From Octopus sinensis (lineage: Eukaryota), in contig NC_043004.1 of NCBI RefSeq assembly GCF_006345805.1, positions 46,810,001-46,874,000 on the forward strand: DNA of 64,000 bases. Reading direction: 5' to 3'. Made by a program: the position numbers and the translations under genes. Under the pieces are notes generated by a model. It was not told the origin of the DNA. It saw only the letters and a list, made by a program, of their open reading frames with translations, and did not search any database. Shown here piece after piece: positions 1 to 12,370 of the stretch (position 1 is the first letter of the stretch; each line of letters starts with the position of its first letter).

Positions 1-1606
1 CTATGATAAAATGCTTGCAAGGTATGATTATCGAATAACATTGAAAATGTTATGCATTATTTTTTATGGATGGTATGATGTGCATGAAAATAAATTTGAT
101 TTTTCTTTCTATAACATAGAGTAACACGTAACAGTGGTGGAATAACTCAATATTACATTATAGAAACTGCTTTCTGAATGGAATTATTCAAATGTGTAAT
201 AATAATAACTTGCCTCCTAATCAAGTGTTAATTGATTAAAATCACGCTATAATTGCATTGGAGTTCATCTTTATCTCAGCTAAATGCGTCGACATATCTT
301 ACCTATGTGCTTCACTCACATAATTGATTTCAATAAACAACTAAATACATTTTACTTTATTTCAAAAATATTCCATTTTCAAAACAAAATCTCATTCATG
401 TATACATTTTAAACAAAAGGCTGTAGATGAGTAATTCGGAATAAATATTTGACATAGCGACATTGAAAAAGAAAAATGATTATAAGTAATGGATTATATT
501 TACGAATCGAAACTGACATTTAAATTCAAAAGAATGAGCAAGTTTACCAGCAAACCTATACATATAATGCAAACATAAAAAGGAATGCATATTTAACAAT
601 GAAAGAAGCAGCATTATTAATAGTAAATGAAAAATCGGAAATGGACAGCAGCAAATCAGAATAGACATATACACTTTATCATAATTTGTTTCTTACAGAA
701 AACAGCTCAACAGAAAACTTCAATCTAATGAAATCTAAATTCGATTGATGTTACACATGTTTCGAGATAATTCTTTTACGGGTAGATTTACATTAGTATA
801 AATTAATTACTGCAATGGAGAATTATTGATCTCCATCAACGTATCATCTAACACAACCAATAAGTATATATCTAAATCATTTTACATCACACACAAAATA
901 TTATCTCTCTGTCTACTCTTCACTCACACCTCTCTTTGCTTTCCTCACTCTAGTTTTCCCCCAATCACACCCGCTCGATTTCTCTGTCTGTCACTGTCTG
1001 TCTCTCTCTCTCTCTATATATATATATACACAAGCACATACGCACTCAGGCACGCGAGCGCAAATATATATCTATAATGGAAGACTCTTTAATTATATAA
1101 ACATGAACTACTTTAAATAAACATAGGACATGACACAAAGTGATGAGGCAAATATGTATTAGAAATATCTCCTAAGTTGCATTGAAACGCAAGTTTTTGA
1201 AAGTATGTGAAGCTTTAGAACTACCATAAATAAATTTGTATACGGCGTGAAGCGTGTAGAATGTAGTACTTCTTACAGTCGAGACGTCGAGAGAGGATAA
1301 CCATTTACTGTTTAAAATTGTCATTAATCAAGTATACAGGTATGGGAAATCACAAGGGCTGTCAAAGATAAAGTGTTGCAAAGGTTGACACGTCGTAGCG
1401 AAAGAGAAACGAGATATTTAAAGTTTCAAATTTCAAAATTTCTCTAGAGAAATGGCGTTTAGAGAAAGGGTAAACTACAGTTTTATTTGAAGAAACAAAT
1501 AATTGACATTTATTATAACAGAGAATTCATATTTATATAAGATTTACAAAGGATGAATATATTACTAAGCAAGTTTCGAAGAACTTTAAATGTAGGTGAA
1601 GAATTT

Positions 1607-1881
1607 TCTTTTATTCTTTTACTTATTTCAGACATTTGACTCCGGTCATGAAGGAGCACCACCCCGAAGGATTTTAGTAGAGCAAATCCGCACAGGACTT
1701 ATTTTTTTTATGCCTAGTACATATTTTTTCGTCGTCATTTGCAGAACCGTAAGTTACGAAGACGTAAGCATACCGACACCGGTAGAGATGGGGGAGGGAG
1801 TCAAACGCAGATACAAAGACACATACACAAGGACACACACACACACACACGCATATACACATATATATATGTATATATATA
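1607..1881 (-). mobile_element. SINE family A, 3' half (split by mariner insertion)
   Basis: Degraded match to the 3' module of the full copies at 17369-17762 and 36050-36480 (TTTCAGxCATTTGACT..GGAGCACC..GAACCG..TTACG). It ends in the SINE's internal CA/TA microsatellite. Confidence 0.75.
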
Positions 1882-3077
1882 TAAGGCTGAGTAAAAGTAA
1901 GAAACGTTTTGAAACATAATGCGGATATTTTATTCATCAAAATAAGTACCATTACAATCAAAACATATTTGGGGACATGTTACCAGATTATTTTTTCCGC
2001 TATGAAAAACAATCTGGAGTTCTGGGGCTGATAAACTCTTTGAACACACTTTGAGCATCGGTTTGATCCTTGAACATGTCACGCAGGAAACCATCAAGTT
2101 GCTTGAAAGACCGGTCCTCGGAAGGAGAAAGGACTGAGGAATAAGCTGGGTGATAAAGAAGTTCGTAGCCAAATTCCTTCTTCTGTTGACCAGTCCAGAA
2201 CGGAAAAATAGCATTTTTTCGTTTATTTTGGATATTTCATGGCAATATATTTCTGCAGTAATGGTTTCGCTGGGTTTTAGAAAGTTATAGTGGACAGGTT
2301 CAGCAGTACACCACCAAACAACCATCATAACATTCTTCTCTAAGAGTTCGTGTTTAGAGAAGGTTTTCTTTGCTTCAATTTGGTTCAACCACCGCGAAGA
2401 AGGTTATTTTTTAATCATTGTACAGAATCCACTTTCCATTGTAAGTTACAATACAGTCGAGGTATTGATTGGCCTGGTTACGGAGAAGAAGCAACGAGCA
2501 AATTTCATATCTGCACATTTTCTGATTTTCATTCAAATCACATGGTACCCATTTGTCGAGCGCTTTTGATTTTCCGATCTCATGCAAATGGTGGCAGGCA
2601 GCTTTCTGGCTAACGTGAAGTTCGTATGCCAGTTCTCGAGTTGTTTTATGTGGAACTTTCACAATGACAGTCTTTAATTGAGCGTCATCGATAACAGATG
2701 GGCGTCCAATATGTTCACGAACTTCAAGACTCAGGACTCAACTGCGAAATCGTTTAAACCATTTACGAGCTGTCCACTTATTGCTCATTTCCGTCCCAAA
2801 CGTTTTGTCGACATTACAAGCAGTTTCCGTTTCTTTACGTCCTTTTATGAAGTTGGAAAGTAAAATTGCTCGATTATGGCGCTTTGATAGGTTCATTTCA
2901 AATGACTGTAACAACGTTGATAAAAACATCAGTGTATATTTATTGAAGTATGTGAGCAGGTCATTGTCTGTATTACCAGGCAACTGCAGGAAAATGTTCA
3001 AAGAGAATTCAAAGCTGCAAACTTCCAGTAGAAATTCTTCATGGTTCAGAACGTTGCTAACTTTTTATTCAACCTTA
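1882..3077 (-). mobile_element. Full-length decayed mariner transposon
   Basis: Imperfect TIRs TAAGGCTGAGTAAAAGTAAGAAACG / CGTTGCTAACTTTTTATTCAACCTTA lie in TA flanks. Broken ORFs give an HTH region (TARKWFKRFRS, TTRELAYEL), a WVPHEL-like DKWVPCDL, a D1 region IVTYNGKWILY, and VVWW...FLKPSETITAEIYC. Confidence 0.9.
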
Positions 3078-3172
3078 TATATATATATGACGGACTTCTT
3101 TCGGTTTCCCTCTACCAAATCCACCTACAAGACAACGGTACCACGCAGACACTTTACGACACACTCCTGCAC
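3078..3172 (-). mobile_element. SINE family A, 5' half (continues 1607-1881)
   Basis: CTTCTTTCGGTTTCC..TCTACCAAATCCAC..CCACGCAG..CACTCCTGC matches the head of family A, with an internal deletion. Confidence 0.7.
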
Positions 3173-3359
3173 CTGTTAGAAGTTTATGTTAATTCTTTAG
3201 TTACGACATTGATTGATTTAATAAGAAGGTAATGTGTGCATACTTTCTAGTACTTTATTCTGTTTTATATTTCCTTTTAATAATGAAATAGGCACAAGTC
3301 AAACGAAGTAATATTGATTTCAAATATTTGGTCCAATGACAAAAATATCGGGAAAGGGA

Positions 3360-3525
3360 CTAGTCGATGTCATCGACCTTAGTGATCAACTGGTACTTAT
3401 TTTTATCGACCAATGAATGATAAACGGCAAGGTCAACCTCGAAAGTATTTTAACACAGAACATAAAGACGGATGAAATGAGCTCAGCATTTTGCCCAGTG
3501 TGCTACTGACTCTGGCAGCTCAGCT
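3360..3525 (-). mobile_element. SINE family B, degraded
   Basis: GTCGAT..ATCGAC, ACTGGTACTTATTTTTATCGACC and GGCAAGGTCAACCTC match the family B body. Confidence 0.7.
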
Positions 3526-3559
3526 CATCGCCTTATGGTAGTTTAATAATATATTGCTT

Positions 3560-3745
3560 TGAATGCAGTGAACTAGTCTAATAGTTAACACGTCTTTGCG
3601 TTCTAGGTTTGGATGTCACCAGAGTCGACGTTTCCTTTCATCCTTTCGGAGTCGACAAATCAAATACTTAGTTGAGCACTGGGATCGATGTAATCGAATT
3701 TCCTATTCCTGAAATTTGCTGGCCTGTGCTAAAATTTGAAACCAA
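3560..3745 (+). mobile_element. SINE family B, degraded (head-to-head with previous copy)
   Basis: GTCGACGTTTCCTTTCATCCTTTCGGAGTCGACAAAT..CACTGGGATCGATGTAATCGA. Confidence 0.7.
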
Positions 3746-3981
3746 TATAAAAATGAGATAAGTGATTGGGTCTATAACGAAATATAAAAGCCAGTTATTT
3801 TACTTACATAGACTAAGAACGTTATGTATGCGTACGACGAAATATGTAACTAAACGTATAAACTGACCGGTGGGATGTTCCACAGCAGTACAACCGTATA
3901 AGCTAGTGAATTAAAACATTTAGTGAAATGCAATTTAAAATGTGCAATACTTTATGAAGGAAAAGCACTATATATCATGTG

Positions 3982-4185
3982 CATCATCATTTAACGTAGG
4001 TTTTTCATGCTGGCATGTGTATGACTGTTTAACTTTAACTGGTAACCCGGAGAGCTGCACTAGGTCCCAGCCTGATTTGGCATAGTTTCCATGCCTTAAT
4101 GCCCTTCCTAATGCCAACCACAGCGAGAGTGTAATGAGCGTTTCTTACGTGCCACCGGCGACGGCCACGAATACGATTTCGCGGG
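3982..4185 (-). mobile_element. Old 5'-truncated RTE 3' end
   Basis: (CAT)n TTTAACG..CATGCT.GCATG and ATGCCCTTCCTAATGCCAACCAC..TTACGTGCCACC match the 3' terminus of the RTE at 46931-47230. Confidence 0.75.
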
Positions 4186-4260
4186 CGCTATTTATATGAC
4201 ATTGGTAATGGCCATAACTACGATTTCACCAAAGATCTCGGTCATTTATACACACACATA

Positions 4261-4316
<56 letters not shown>

Positions 4317-4386
4317 ATATATATATATACATATATATATATGTCTGTATATGTATGAATATATATACATATATACACATATGTAT

Positions 4387-4445
<59 letters not shown>

Positions 4446-4449
<4 letters not shown>

Positions 4450-5520
4450 GTCATCCCATAAGTTCTGTCCATCTGTCAAATTTTACCTTCTTTATAATTG
4501 AATGAAATTTAATACCATTTTAGAATGTCTAATGGATTATACATTTATATTTATGCATTTGTGTACATATAAACTAGTTGATTATTATTTTACAGAATAA
4601 TTGGGTTAAAATGTCTTTGATTAAAACCCTTTCTAACATGGAAGTGCCAATGAGCATTTAAGGTACATAATACTTTCTGAGTACAAAAATGAAAATTCTG
4701 CAACCGAAGCGAAACATACACTCAGTTAATGGGAAAAATTGCTTGAATGAAAGAACTTGCAGACGATGGTCATCTTCAATAACTTGGAAAATGGATGCCT
4801 CATGAATTTTCCGAAAGCAACTGAAAATCTCGACTTTGGCATCTGCTCTTTTCTCCATTCTCGTGAACTCATTTCACTCTTTTTGGATAGACTTGTGACG
4901 AAAAATTGAAATGTAAGCGTTAAACAGTGGCTTGGTAAAAGGAAAAATATCTCATCCACAACCGAAATGAGAACTTCATGGAAAAAGGTTCTTCTCTTTA
5001 TCTGGTAGGATTGCAAAGTAGTAATTCACTTTGAATTGTTACCACGTAATGCAACAATCAATGCCCAAGTCTAATGTCAGAAATTAGTGCGTTTTAATGA
5101 AGCTTTGAAGAAAAAAACCCGCTTTAGTGAATCGAAAAGGAGTGGTGTTTCATCAGGAAAGTACGTGACTCAACACTGCAAAGATGACATCTCAGAAGAT
5201 CGAAGAAGTTGGTTGTAAAAAAAATTCCTCATCCACCATATTCTCTCGATCTTGCTCTTTCAAACTACCATTTGTTTCGTAGTTTACAGAATCATTTCGG
5301 GGAAATAACATTCGCAAGCCAGGAGGATGTCGAAACTGACATTTCAGAGTTCTTCGCTTTGAAACCAAAATAATTTTACATTGATCGGATTAAAAAGCTT
5401 GTAAATAGATGGAAGGTAGTCATAGATAATTAAGGAAAGTACACTGATGATTAAATTTCAATTAAATATAACATTTGATTACTTGCTTTTTTTATTCAAA
5501 ATTCGGACAGAACTTATGAT
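4446..5520 (+). mobile_element. Internally deleted mariner transposon
   Basis: Left TIR TTAGGTCATCCCATAAGTTCTGTCC and right TIR remnant GGACAGAACTTATG. Transposase remnants: EHLRYIILSEYKN, LGKWMPHEF, and PHPPYSLDLALSNYHLFRSLQNH (YSPDL-type motif). Confidence 0.85.
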
Positions 5521-5551
5521 ACACACACACATACACACACACACACGCACG

Positions 5552-5591
<40 letters not shown>

Positions 5592-5594
5592 CAC

Positions 5595-5679
<85 letters not shown>

Positions 5680-7449
5680 TATATATATATTATATATATA
5701 TATATTATATATATATATACATAATAAACATATGAGATGGAGGCATTGTATGCCAGTACAGTAAAGAGGAAATATGAGAAAAGTGTAATGAAAGAGAACA
5801 GAAAAAGTAAAGCAAGGAGTAGTCTAATGAAAATGTAACGATATAACATGGGAGAACGTCTTAAGATTGTATCCATTATAGAATGGGTGCATTTTGGAAA
5901 ATCTCAGAAGAAAGGAGAAAAAATTATATAAAAAAAATATTTTTAAAAGGAATTTTAATTAGCTTGATGAAAACTTGCTACAGAAATGGTCGTAAGTAAT
6001 TGTCATTTTTAATAATTTTTGTAATTTTTGTTTGATTTTCCACGCGTGAATTGAATGCATGTGTCTGTATTCATTATAGGCTTCTTGTTCCCGCTTCTGT
6101 AACACACCTTTCTGCTGCAATGTTCTTTATATTAGTTCAGGCTTACCACTAATATTTTATGATATGTTTTATATTAATTATAAACAATCTAATCCCCTGG
6201 GTGTATTTTCCATTAGAGGAAGAGATGTTGTTTATACATGTTAGGGTTCACTCAGTATGTTTTATTTAGTGTGTTGGATTGTATTATGTTGACACTTATT
6301 TCGATGAGAATTCGAGTGTAGTTATTTGTTCAATCTGCTCTTGGATATACTTTGCAGTTTCGAAATTACTGTAAGTCGTTCCAATTAGTAACTAATATAT
6401 ATAAATTCCGATATTTCTTTTGCAGTGAGGCATTTCTAATTTTGTATTTCCACACTCAGAAGGTTGTAGGATATATCAGCTATATATATAGTACCTATTT
6501 CCTATTACCGAACTATTTAAACCATCACTAAGTTTTGCATAAAATCTATTTGAACGAGTGTATTAAATTTAATCTTGCTTCATTTCAACACATGCTCCAT
6601 TATTTTGCCGTTAGGTTCATTGAACTACATCTAGCCAACTAGAAACGGTGTTTCTTGAGGCTAAATAACAATAATATTCTTCCTTTTCCCCGGACTGCCG
6701 CATTAATTTGGCAACAGGCCATCAATGCTCTGAGTGTAATAGACATATGCAAGTAAATGCTTAACACAAACAGAAAAGCAATCTCAAAATAAAAATATTC
6801 TTCACGCTCACCCTTATAATCTGACACTCACTTAAGTTCCCGAGGTGCAGAGCAGGCTGATATCAAAAGACACCTTTTTGCATGCAAACACACTCACATG
6901 AATATGTGCATAATTTTATGTGCGCGCGTGTGTATGTGCATACATATGAGGTCTAAAACGTAAAACAAAACGGATTAAAACAGTCAGATTTCCACTGGCA
7001 CTCAGATATTCAATGCAAAGAATATCCAAAGCATTTCGACCAGGACTTCAAATGCGCGTGGAGGGAGAATAACAATAGGCCGCACACTTTTTTTTACGTA
7101 TATGATGCAGTCAGATATATGAAGGCACACATGGAAACGAGTAATTACCTTGTTTGATTCATCAATTACTTTCAACATAAAAAATACTTTCCTTTACAAA
7201 ATGTACGTTCAAAGACATTGAGAAGCCAATGCAAGTATTTCATTAAATAGTTATTTAATAAGCATTAAAACACGAATTACAAATTTTTTATATGTTTATA
7301 TTTTGCAGACGTAATTGCCAACATACATATACGTGCACACATTTATACATACATACATACATACATACACACTTACATACATGCATGCTTAGAAGCATGC
7401 GTGTACGCACCTACGTACGCACGTATGTCCGTATGTATGTATATATGTT

Positions 7450-7600
7450 CCTTTTATTTATATACAAAAATATATATTGAACATTTTTTACAAAAGTTCC
7501 TACCGTTAATGGTTATATTTGCATGCCGAAATCTACCCGTAAATAATCGTTGGTTTTTTAATAACTACTAAAACTATTATTTACTCTTACTATATATTAC
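7450..7600 (+). repeat. Diverged fragment of the hammerhead-bearing repeat family
   Basis: Aligns by eye to 8566-8708 (AAGTTCCT.CCG.TAAT.G.TATATTT.CAT.CCGAA.TCTACC.GTAAATAAT). No ribozyme core was seen in it. Confidence 0.65.
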
Positions 7601-8133
7601 TATGTATGTATGTATGTATGTATGTATGTATAGAAGAAAAACACATAATCTCTTCATTTAATTATCTTTGTATACTCTGTATAATGTGTAAAACTCTTGT
7701 AGCATATAATTAGTGACTGATCGTTAATGATCGATTTCGCTGTATGTGTTTTCGTTTCAACAGGTGACCTTAAACGAAATTCGGCATTTCAAACACACAC
7801 TGGAACACTCAGACACAGGCATAAATGCATAAATATTACTGCTCCACCACAATGTTATGTTTTGTTTCATTGATATACTTTACAACGGAACATATATATG
7901 ATTCAGTATAGAAGTACTTTGTTGTGCACATAGGCATATGTTTTTAATTGTCATCGGAAATATGGTTTCTAAACCGGGTATTACCAAGTGGCAGAAAGCG
8001 GGTTTGGCTGGAAAATCCTAATGAGTTTAACAGGGTTTTTGCTTCTTCCAACTCTATACTTCTATACTCTAATGTATAATCCTTCCTACCGTTTATTCAG
8101 TACTAGAATGAACACGTGTATAATTGTATACAT

Positions 8134-8470
8134 TGGCGCAGGCGTGACTGTCTGGTAAGAAGCTTGATTCCCAACCACATGGTTCGGTGTACAGTCCCAC
8201 TGCGTGGCAACATGGGATAGTGTACTCTAGTATAGCCTATATAATTATATATATATATTTATGTGTGTGTGTGTCATTGTATCTGTGTTTCTCCCCCACA
8301 CCATCGCTTGATAAGCGAGGCTCGTGAGTTTACGTCCCCGTAACTGAGCGGTCCAATTGAATAATTACTAGAGTTACAAAGAAACTCTCCTGGATTACTT
8401 CTAGCAAAAAGCCTTTTAAAGTGGTACACCAGCATGGACGTAGCCAATTGAGTAAAAACGTAAATGATTA
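8134..8470 (+). mobile_element. SINE family A, degraded
   Basis: Head GGCGCAGGCGTGACTGTCTGGTAAGAAGC..AGTCCCACTGCGTGGC, an internal microsatellite, and TTTACGTCCCCGTAACT. Confidence 0.8.
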
Positions 8471-8489
8471 TAAGAATAGAAGATAATAT

Positions 8490-9352
8490 ACTTTGATAGA
8501 AATAAGCATTCTTGACTGCTATTTCTATTTTTTCGGTATGCGATCAAGCAACCTGTTGCCTGTCCCTTTTTCTTATATACAATATATATACTGAACTTTA
8601 CAGAAGTTCCTGCCGGTAATCGGCTATATTTACATACCGAATTCTACCAGTAAATAATTGTGGTTTTTTTAAAAACCTTTATAGAAATTATTTACTCTTA
8701 TTATTATATTACTAATTGGATTTTTCACTCCCTTACGACAACCCAATGGTTCCTACTCCTATGGAACTATTTTTTAGTGCGCATGGCAAAATTTTGGAGG
8801 GAAGATTTACGAATTCAAACGTCTATGTAGGTTTAGCTTTTGCTCACTTTCTTCAAATATTTTGATGTCGCATGGTCAGAAGGTTTGAGGTACGTAGGAT
8901 TTGATAAATCTATGTTAAATCTATTTCAATGGAAAGCTGTGCTGAAGAAGGATGTGAAATATATATGCAATGTATATGAAATATATATCAAAAATATATA
9001 TGAAATATATATTCAATATGTTTATAATCCAGAAACATGATGTTCACAGATAACCACCAGACTTCGTTTTCGTTATCTATTCCTTCTGTTTTGCATATGT
9101 GAATTATTACAGGGTTTGTCGTGCCCGGAGTCCCACTTTGATAGAAATAAGCATTCTTGACTGCTATTTCTATTTTTTCGGTATGCGGTCAAGCGACCTG
9201 TTGCCTGTCCCTTTTTCTTATATACAATATATATACTGAACTTTACAGAAGTTCCTGCCAGTATTCGGCTATATTTACATACCGAATTCTACCAGTAAAT
9301 AATTGTGGTTTTTTTAAAAACCTTTATAGAAATTATTTACTCTTATTATTAT
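8490..9352 (+). repeat. Partial tandem repeat (period 645 bp), hammerhead repeat subfamily 2
   Basis: Near-identical ~218-bp direct repeats at 8490-8708 and 9135-9352. They are homologous by eye to the 600-bp unit at 10899-12557 (shared TTGACTGCTATTTCTA..TTCGGTATG..AAG.CAAC..GTTGC and GGCT..TTTACAT.CCGAA..CTAC). Confidence 0.8.
8937..9049 (+). ncRNA. Type I hammerhead ribozyme motif (diverged copy)
   Basis: Stem I CTGTG/CACAG; core CTGAAGA (8942-8948); long AT-rich stem II with base GGAT/ATCC; GAAA (9032-9035); stem III ACA-TGA-TGT; cleavage triplet GTT (9042-9044). The first stem II position is an A.A mismatch. Confidence 0.6.
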
Positions 9353-9358
9353 ATATAT

Positions 9359-9392
<34 letters not shown>

Positions 9393-9484
9393 ACAATAAT
9401 ATATATATAATATAAATATACATACATAATATATATATATATATATTAAAATATATGTGTTTGTCTATGTGTGTCCGTGCGTGT

Positions 9485-9745
9485 GAGTACATTTTGTAAT
9501 ACTCCACCCGCTTCATGAATGTGTCCAGATCCGTTGTCCCAAACTCCTTCATCTTCAATACAACTGCTCCTAACTTTTTCCTTCGACTTGGAGAACAGGT
9601 AAATGTCTAAGGAAGCAAGGTGTCGACTGTATGAACGGTGAGGGACTGTTTCGATGCTCATATCTGCCAAATAATTAGATTATCAGGATGCCGTCATTGA
9701 ACACCCAGAGTAAAATCTTTCCACAATCTTTTATCATGCGTGGAT
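9485..9745 (-). mobile_element. Mariner transposase C-terminal fragment
   Basis: ETVPHRSYSRHLASLDIYLFSKSKEKVR resembles the PHPPYSPDLAPxDFxLFxKLK motif. Confidence 0.65.
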
Positions 9746-10284
9746 ATTCATAAATATTTCTGCGTACTGTTACGATAGCAGCTCTAAACTCTATGCTTAT
9801 TGCCTTTATAGAGACAGAAATGATTTATCTAGGAAATTATGAACTTTCTCAACCACCTCTGATGTTCTGACGATACTCTTCTACTGAAACCTGTTATCGT
9901 CTCTTAATTCTTCTCTGCCGTCCTTGAACTCCTTGAGCTAACGAAAAATTTAATGTATAAAGAGTCTGGATAATTTTATAAGTTACTCTAGCCTTTTGTA
10001 CAGTTTAAAGCAAAACGTTCTTGCATAAGTAGCATCCAAATACCCCTACTGCATTCTGAAAACTTGTCAGCTGTGACATGTAGTGGTTAGTGGGGTGTGT
10101 TTAAAGATTTGGTACAGCTGTCTCCTTCATTCTGGAATACTAAATGCTCGCAGAACTGGTCATTTTTTATTATGTAAATGATACAAAAAATTTATTCTAA
10201 TCTAGGGCTATTATAACTCTCTCCCCTAAAATGTTTCAAAACATCTGGAAGTGTATATACATGCATCACACACACACACACATA

Positions 10285-10349
<65 letters not shown>

Positions 10350-10353
<4 letters not shown>

Positions 10354-10522
10354 CTTTACTACCCACAAGGGGCTAAACATAGAGTGGACAAACACAGGGA
10401 TTAAGTCGATTAAATCGACCCCGCGCGTAACTGGTACTGGAATTTGAACTCAGAACGTAACTGCAGACGAAATACCGCTAGACTTTTCACCGGTCGTGCT
10501 AACGTTTCTGCCAGCTCCCCTT
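10350..10522 (-). mobile_element. SINE family B with internal deletion
   Basis: TTTCTTTACTACCCACAAGGGGCTAAAC..GAATTTGAACTCAGAACG..TTTCTGCCAGCTC. The central domain is missing. Confidence 0.85.
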
Positions 10523-10537
10523 ATATATATATATATA

Positions 10538-10589
<52 letters not shown>

Positions 10590-10599
10590 ATATATATAT

Positions 10600-10633
<34 letters not shown>

Positions 10634-10701
10634 ATATAATATATATATATTTATATATATATATATATATATTATTATAATATATATATATTTATATATA
10701 T

Positions 10702-10749
<48 letters not shown>

Positions 10750-10750
10750 T

Positions 10751-10800
<50 letters not shown>
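10520..10800. repeat. (TA)n microsatellite
   Basis: Interrupted TA run flanking the hammerhead array. Confidence 0.95.
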
Positions 10801-10803
<3 letters not shown>

Positions 10804-11066
10804 ATGAAGGGTGAAATTAATTAATTTGGAAAAATTATCAATTACACCAAGTAGTCTTCGGCATGTAAAAGCCTCATTCGAGGAAAATTTAAGAAATACT
10901 TGTTTTGGCTACACGCGGGTGGGAAGGGGCTGTTGACACAATCGTTTCATTCACAAATTGAATTCGGTGATACCAGTTGCGGATTCTAGCTCGCTCTGAT
11001 ACTGAGTTGAGTTGGTGCCTTCTGGTATCTCAAAATTCAATATATAATCATTTATGATTATAGTAT

Positions 11067-11173
11067 TCTACGCTGAAGAGAAAAGAAGTTTCGGTAAGAT
11101 AGAATTATTTAATATTTAATATTTAATTCTTATGCTTTCCTAAAAACTTGATTTCGAAACGTACGTCCGTGGA
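11067..11173 (+). ncRNA. Type I hammerhead ribozyme motif, copy 1
   Basis: Stem I TCTACG/CGTGGA; CTGAAGA (11073-11079); 76-nt stem II closed by G-C; GAAA (11156-11159); palindromic ACGTACGT stem III; GTC cleavage triplet ending at 11167. Confidence 0.85.
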
Positions 11174-11663
11174 TAACTAAAAAAATGTATGATAGATTGC
11201 AGTCAATTCATTCTCTCTTACCTGTTTGTGTCTGCCTTCCAAATGCTGTTTTTACTGAGATCCCCTTTTTAGTAGAAGAAATAGCTATAACCCTTTGACT
11301 GATATTTCTAAATTCGGTATGTGGTAAGGCAACTCGTTGCTAACCCTTATTGCTTAGTATTACTTAATTTTCCTCGAATGAGGCTTTTACATGCCGAAGA
11401 CTACTTGGTGTAATTGATAATTTTTCCAAATTAATTAATTTCACCCTTCATTATTACGGATAACCATATTTTATCTCAGTAGATGACCACAGCATCTTGT
11501 TTTGGCTACACGCGGGTGGGAAGGGGCTGTTGACACAATCGTTTCATTCACAAATTGAATTCGGTGATACCAGTTGCGGATTCTAGCTCGCTCTGATACT
11601 GAGTTGAGTTGGTGCCTTCTGGTATCTCAAAATTCAATATATAATCATTTATGATTATAGTAT

Positions 11664-11770
11664 TCTACGCTGAAGAGAAAAGAAGTTTCGGTAAGATAGA
11701 ATTATTTAATATTTAATATTTAATTCTTATGCTTTCCTAAAAACTTGATTTCGAAACGTACGTCCGTGGA
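11664..11770 (+). ncRNA. Type I hammerhead ribozyme motif, copy 2
   Basis: Same layout as copy 1; predicted cleavage after 11764. Confidence 0.85.
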
Positions 11771-12264
11771 TAACTAAAAAAATGTATGATAGATTGCAGT
11801 CAATTCATTCTCTCTTACCTGTTTGTGTCTGCCTTCCAAATGCTGTTTTTACTGAGATCTCCCTTTTTAGTAGAAGAAATAGCTATACCCTTTGACTGCT
11901 ATTTCTAAATTCGGTATGTGGTAAGGCAACTCGTTGCTAAACCCTTATTGCTTAGTATTACTTAAATTTTCCTCGAATGAGGCTTTTACATGCCGAAGAC
12001 TACTTGGTGTAATTGATAATTTTTCCAAATTAATTAATTTCACCCTTCATTATTACGGATAACCATATTTTATCTCAGTAGATGACCACATCATCTTGTT
12101 TTGGCTACACGCGGGGGGGGGAAGGGGCTGTTGACACAATCGTTTCATTCAAAAATTGAATTCGGTGATACCAGTTGCGGATTCTAGCTCGCTCTGATAC
12201 TGAGTTGAGTTGGTGCCTTCTGGTATCTCAAAATTCAATATATAATCATTTATGATTATAGTAT

Positions 12265-12370
12265 TCTACGCTGAAGAGAAAAGAAGTTTCGGTAAGATAG
12301 AATTATTTAATATTTAATATTTAATTCTTATGCTTTCCTAAAAACTTGATTCGAAACGTACGTCCGTGGA
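12265..12370 (+). ncRNA. Type I hammerhead ribozyme motif, copy 3
   Basis: Same layout with one T fewer at the base of stem II; predicted cleavage after 12364. Confidence 0.8.

Noticed and set aside
11371-11410. Second hammerhead-like string in the 600-bp unit (CTCGAATGA-GGC..GCC-GAAG)
   Set aside because: Both core segments deviate from CUGANGA and GAAA, and no stem I or III closes. At most it is a relic hairpin.
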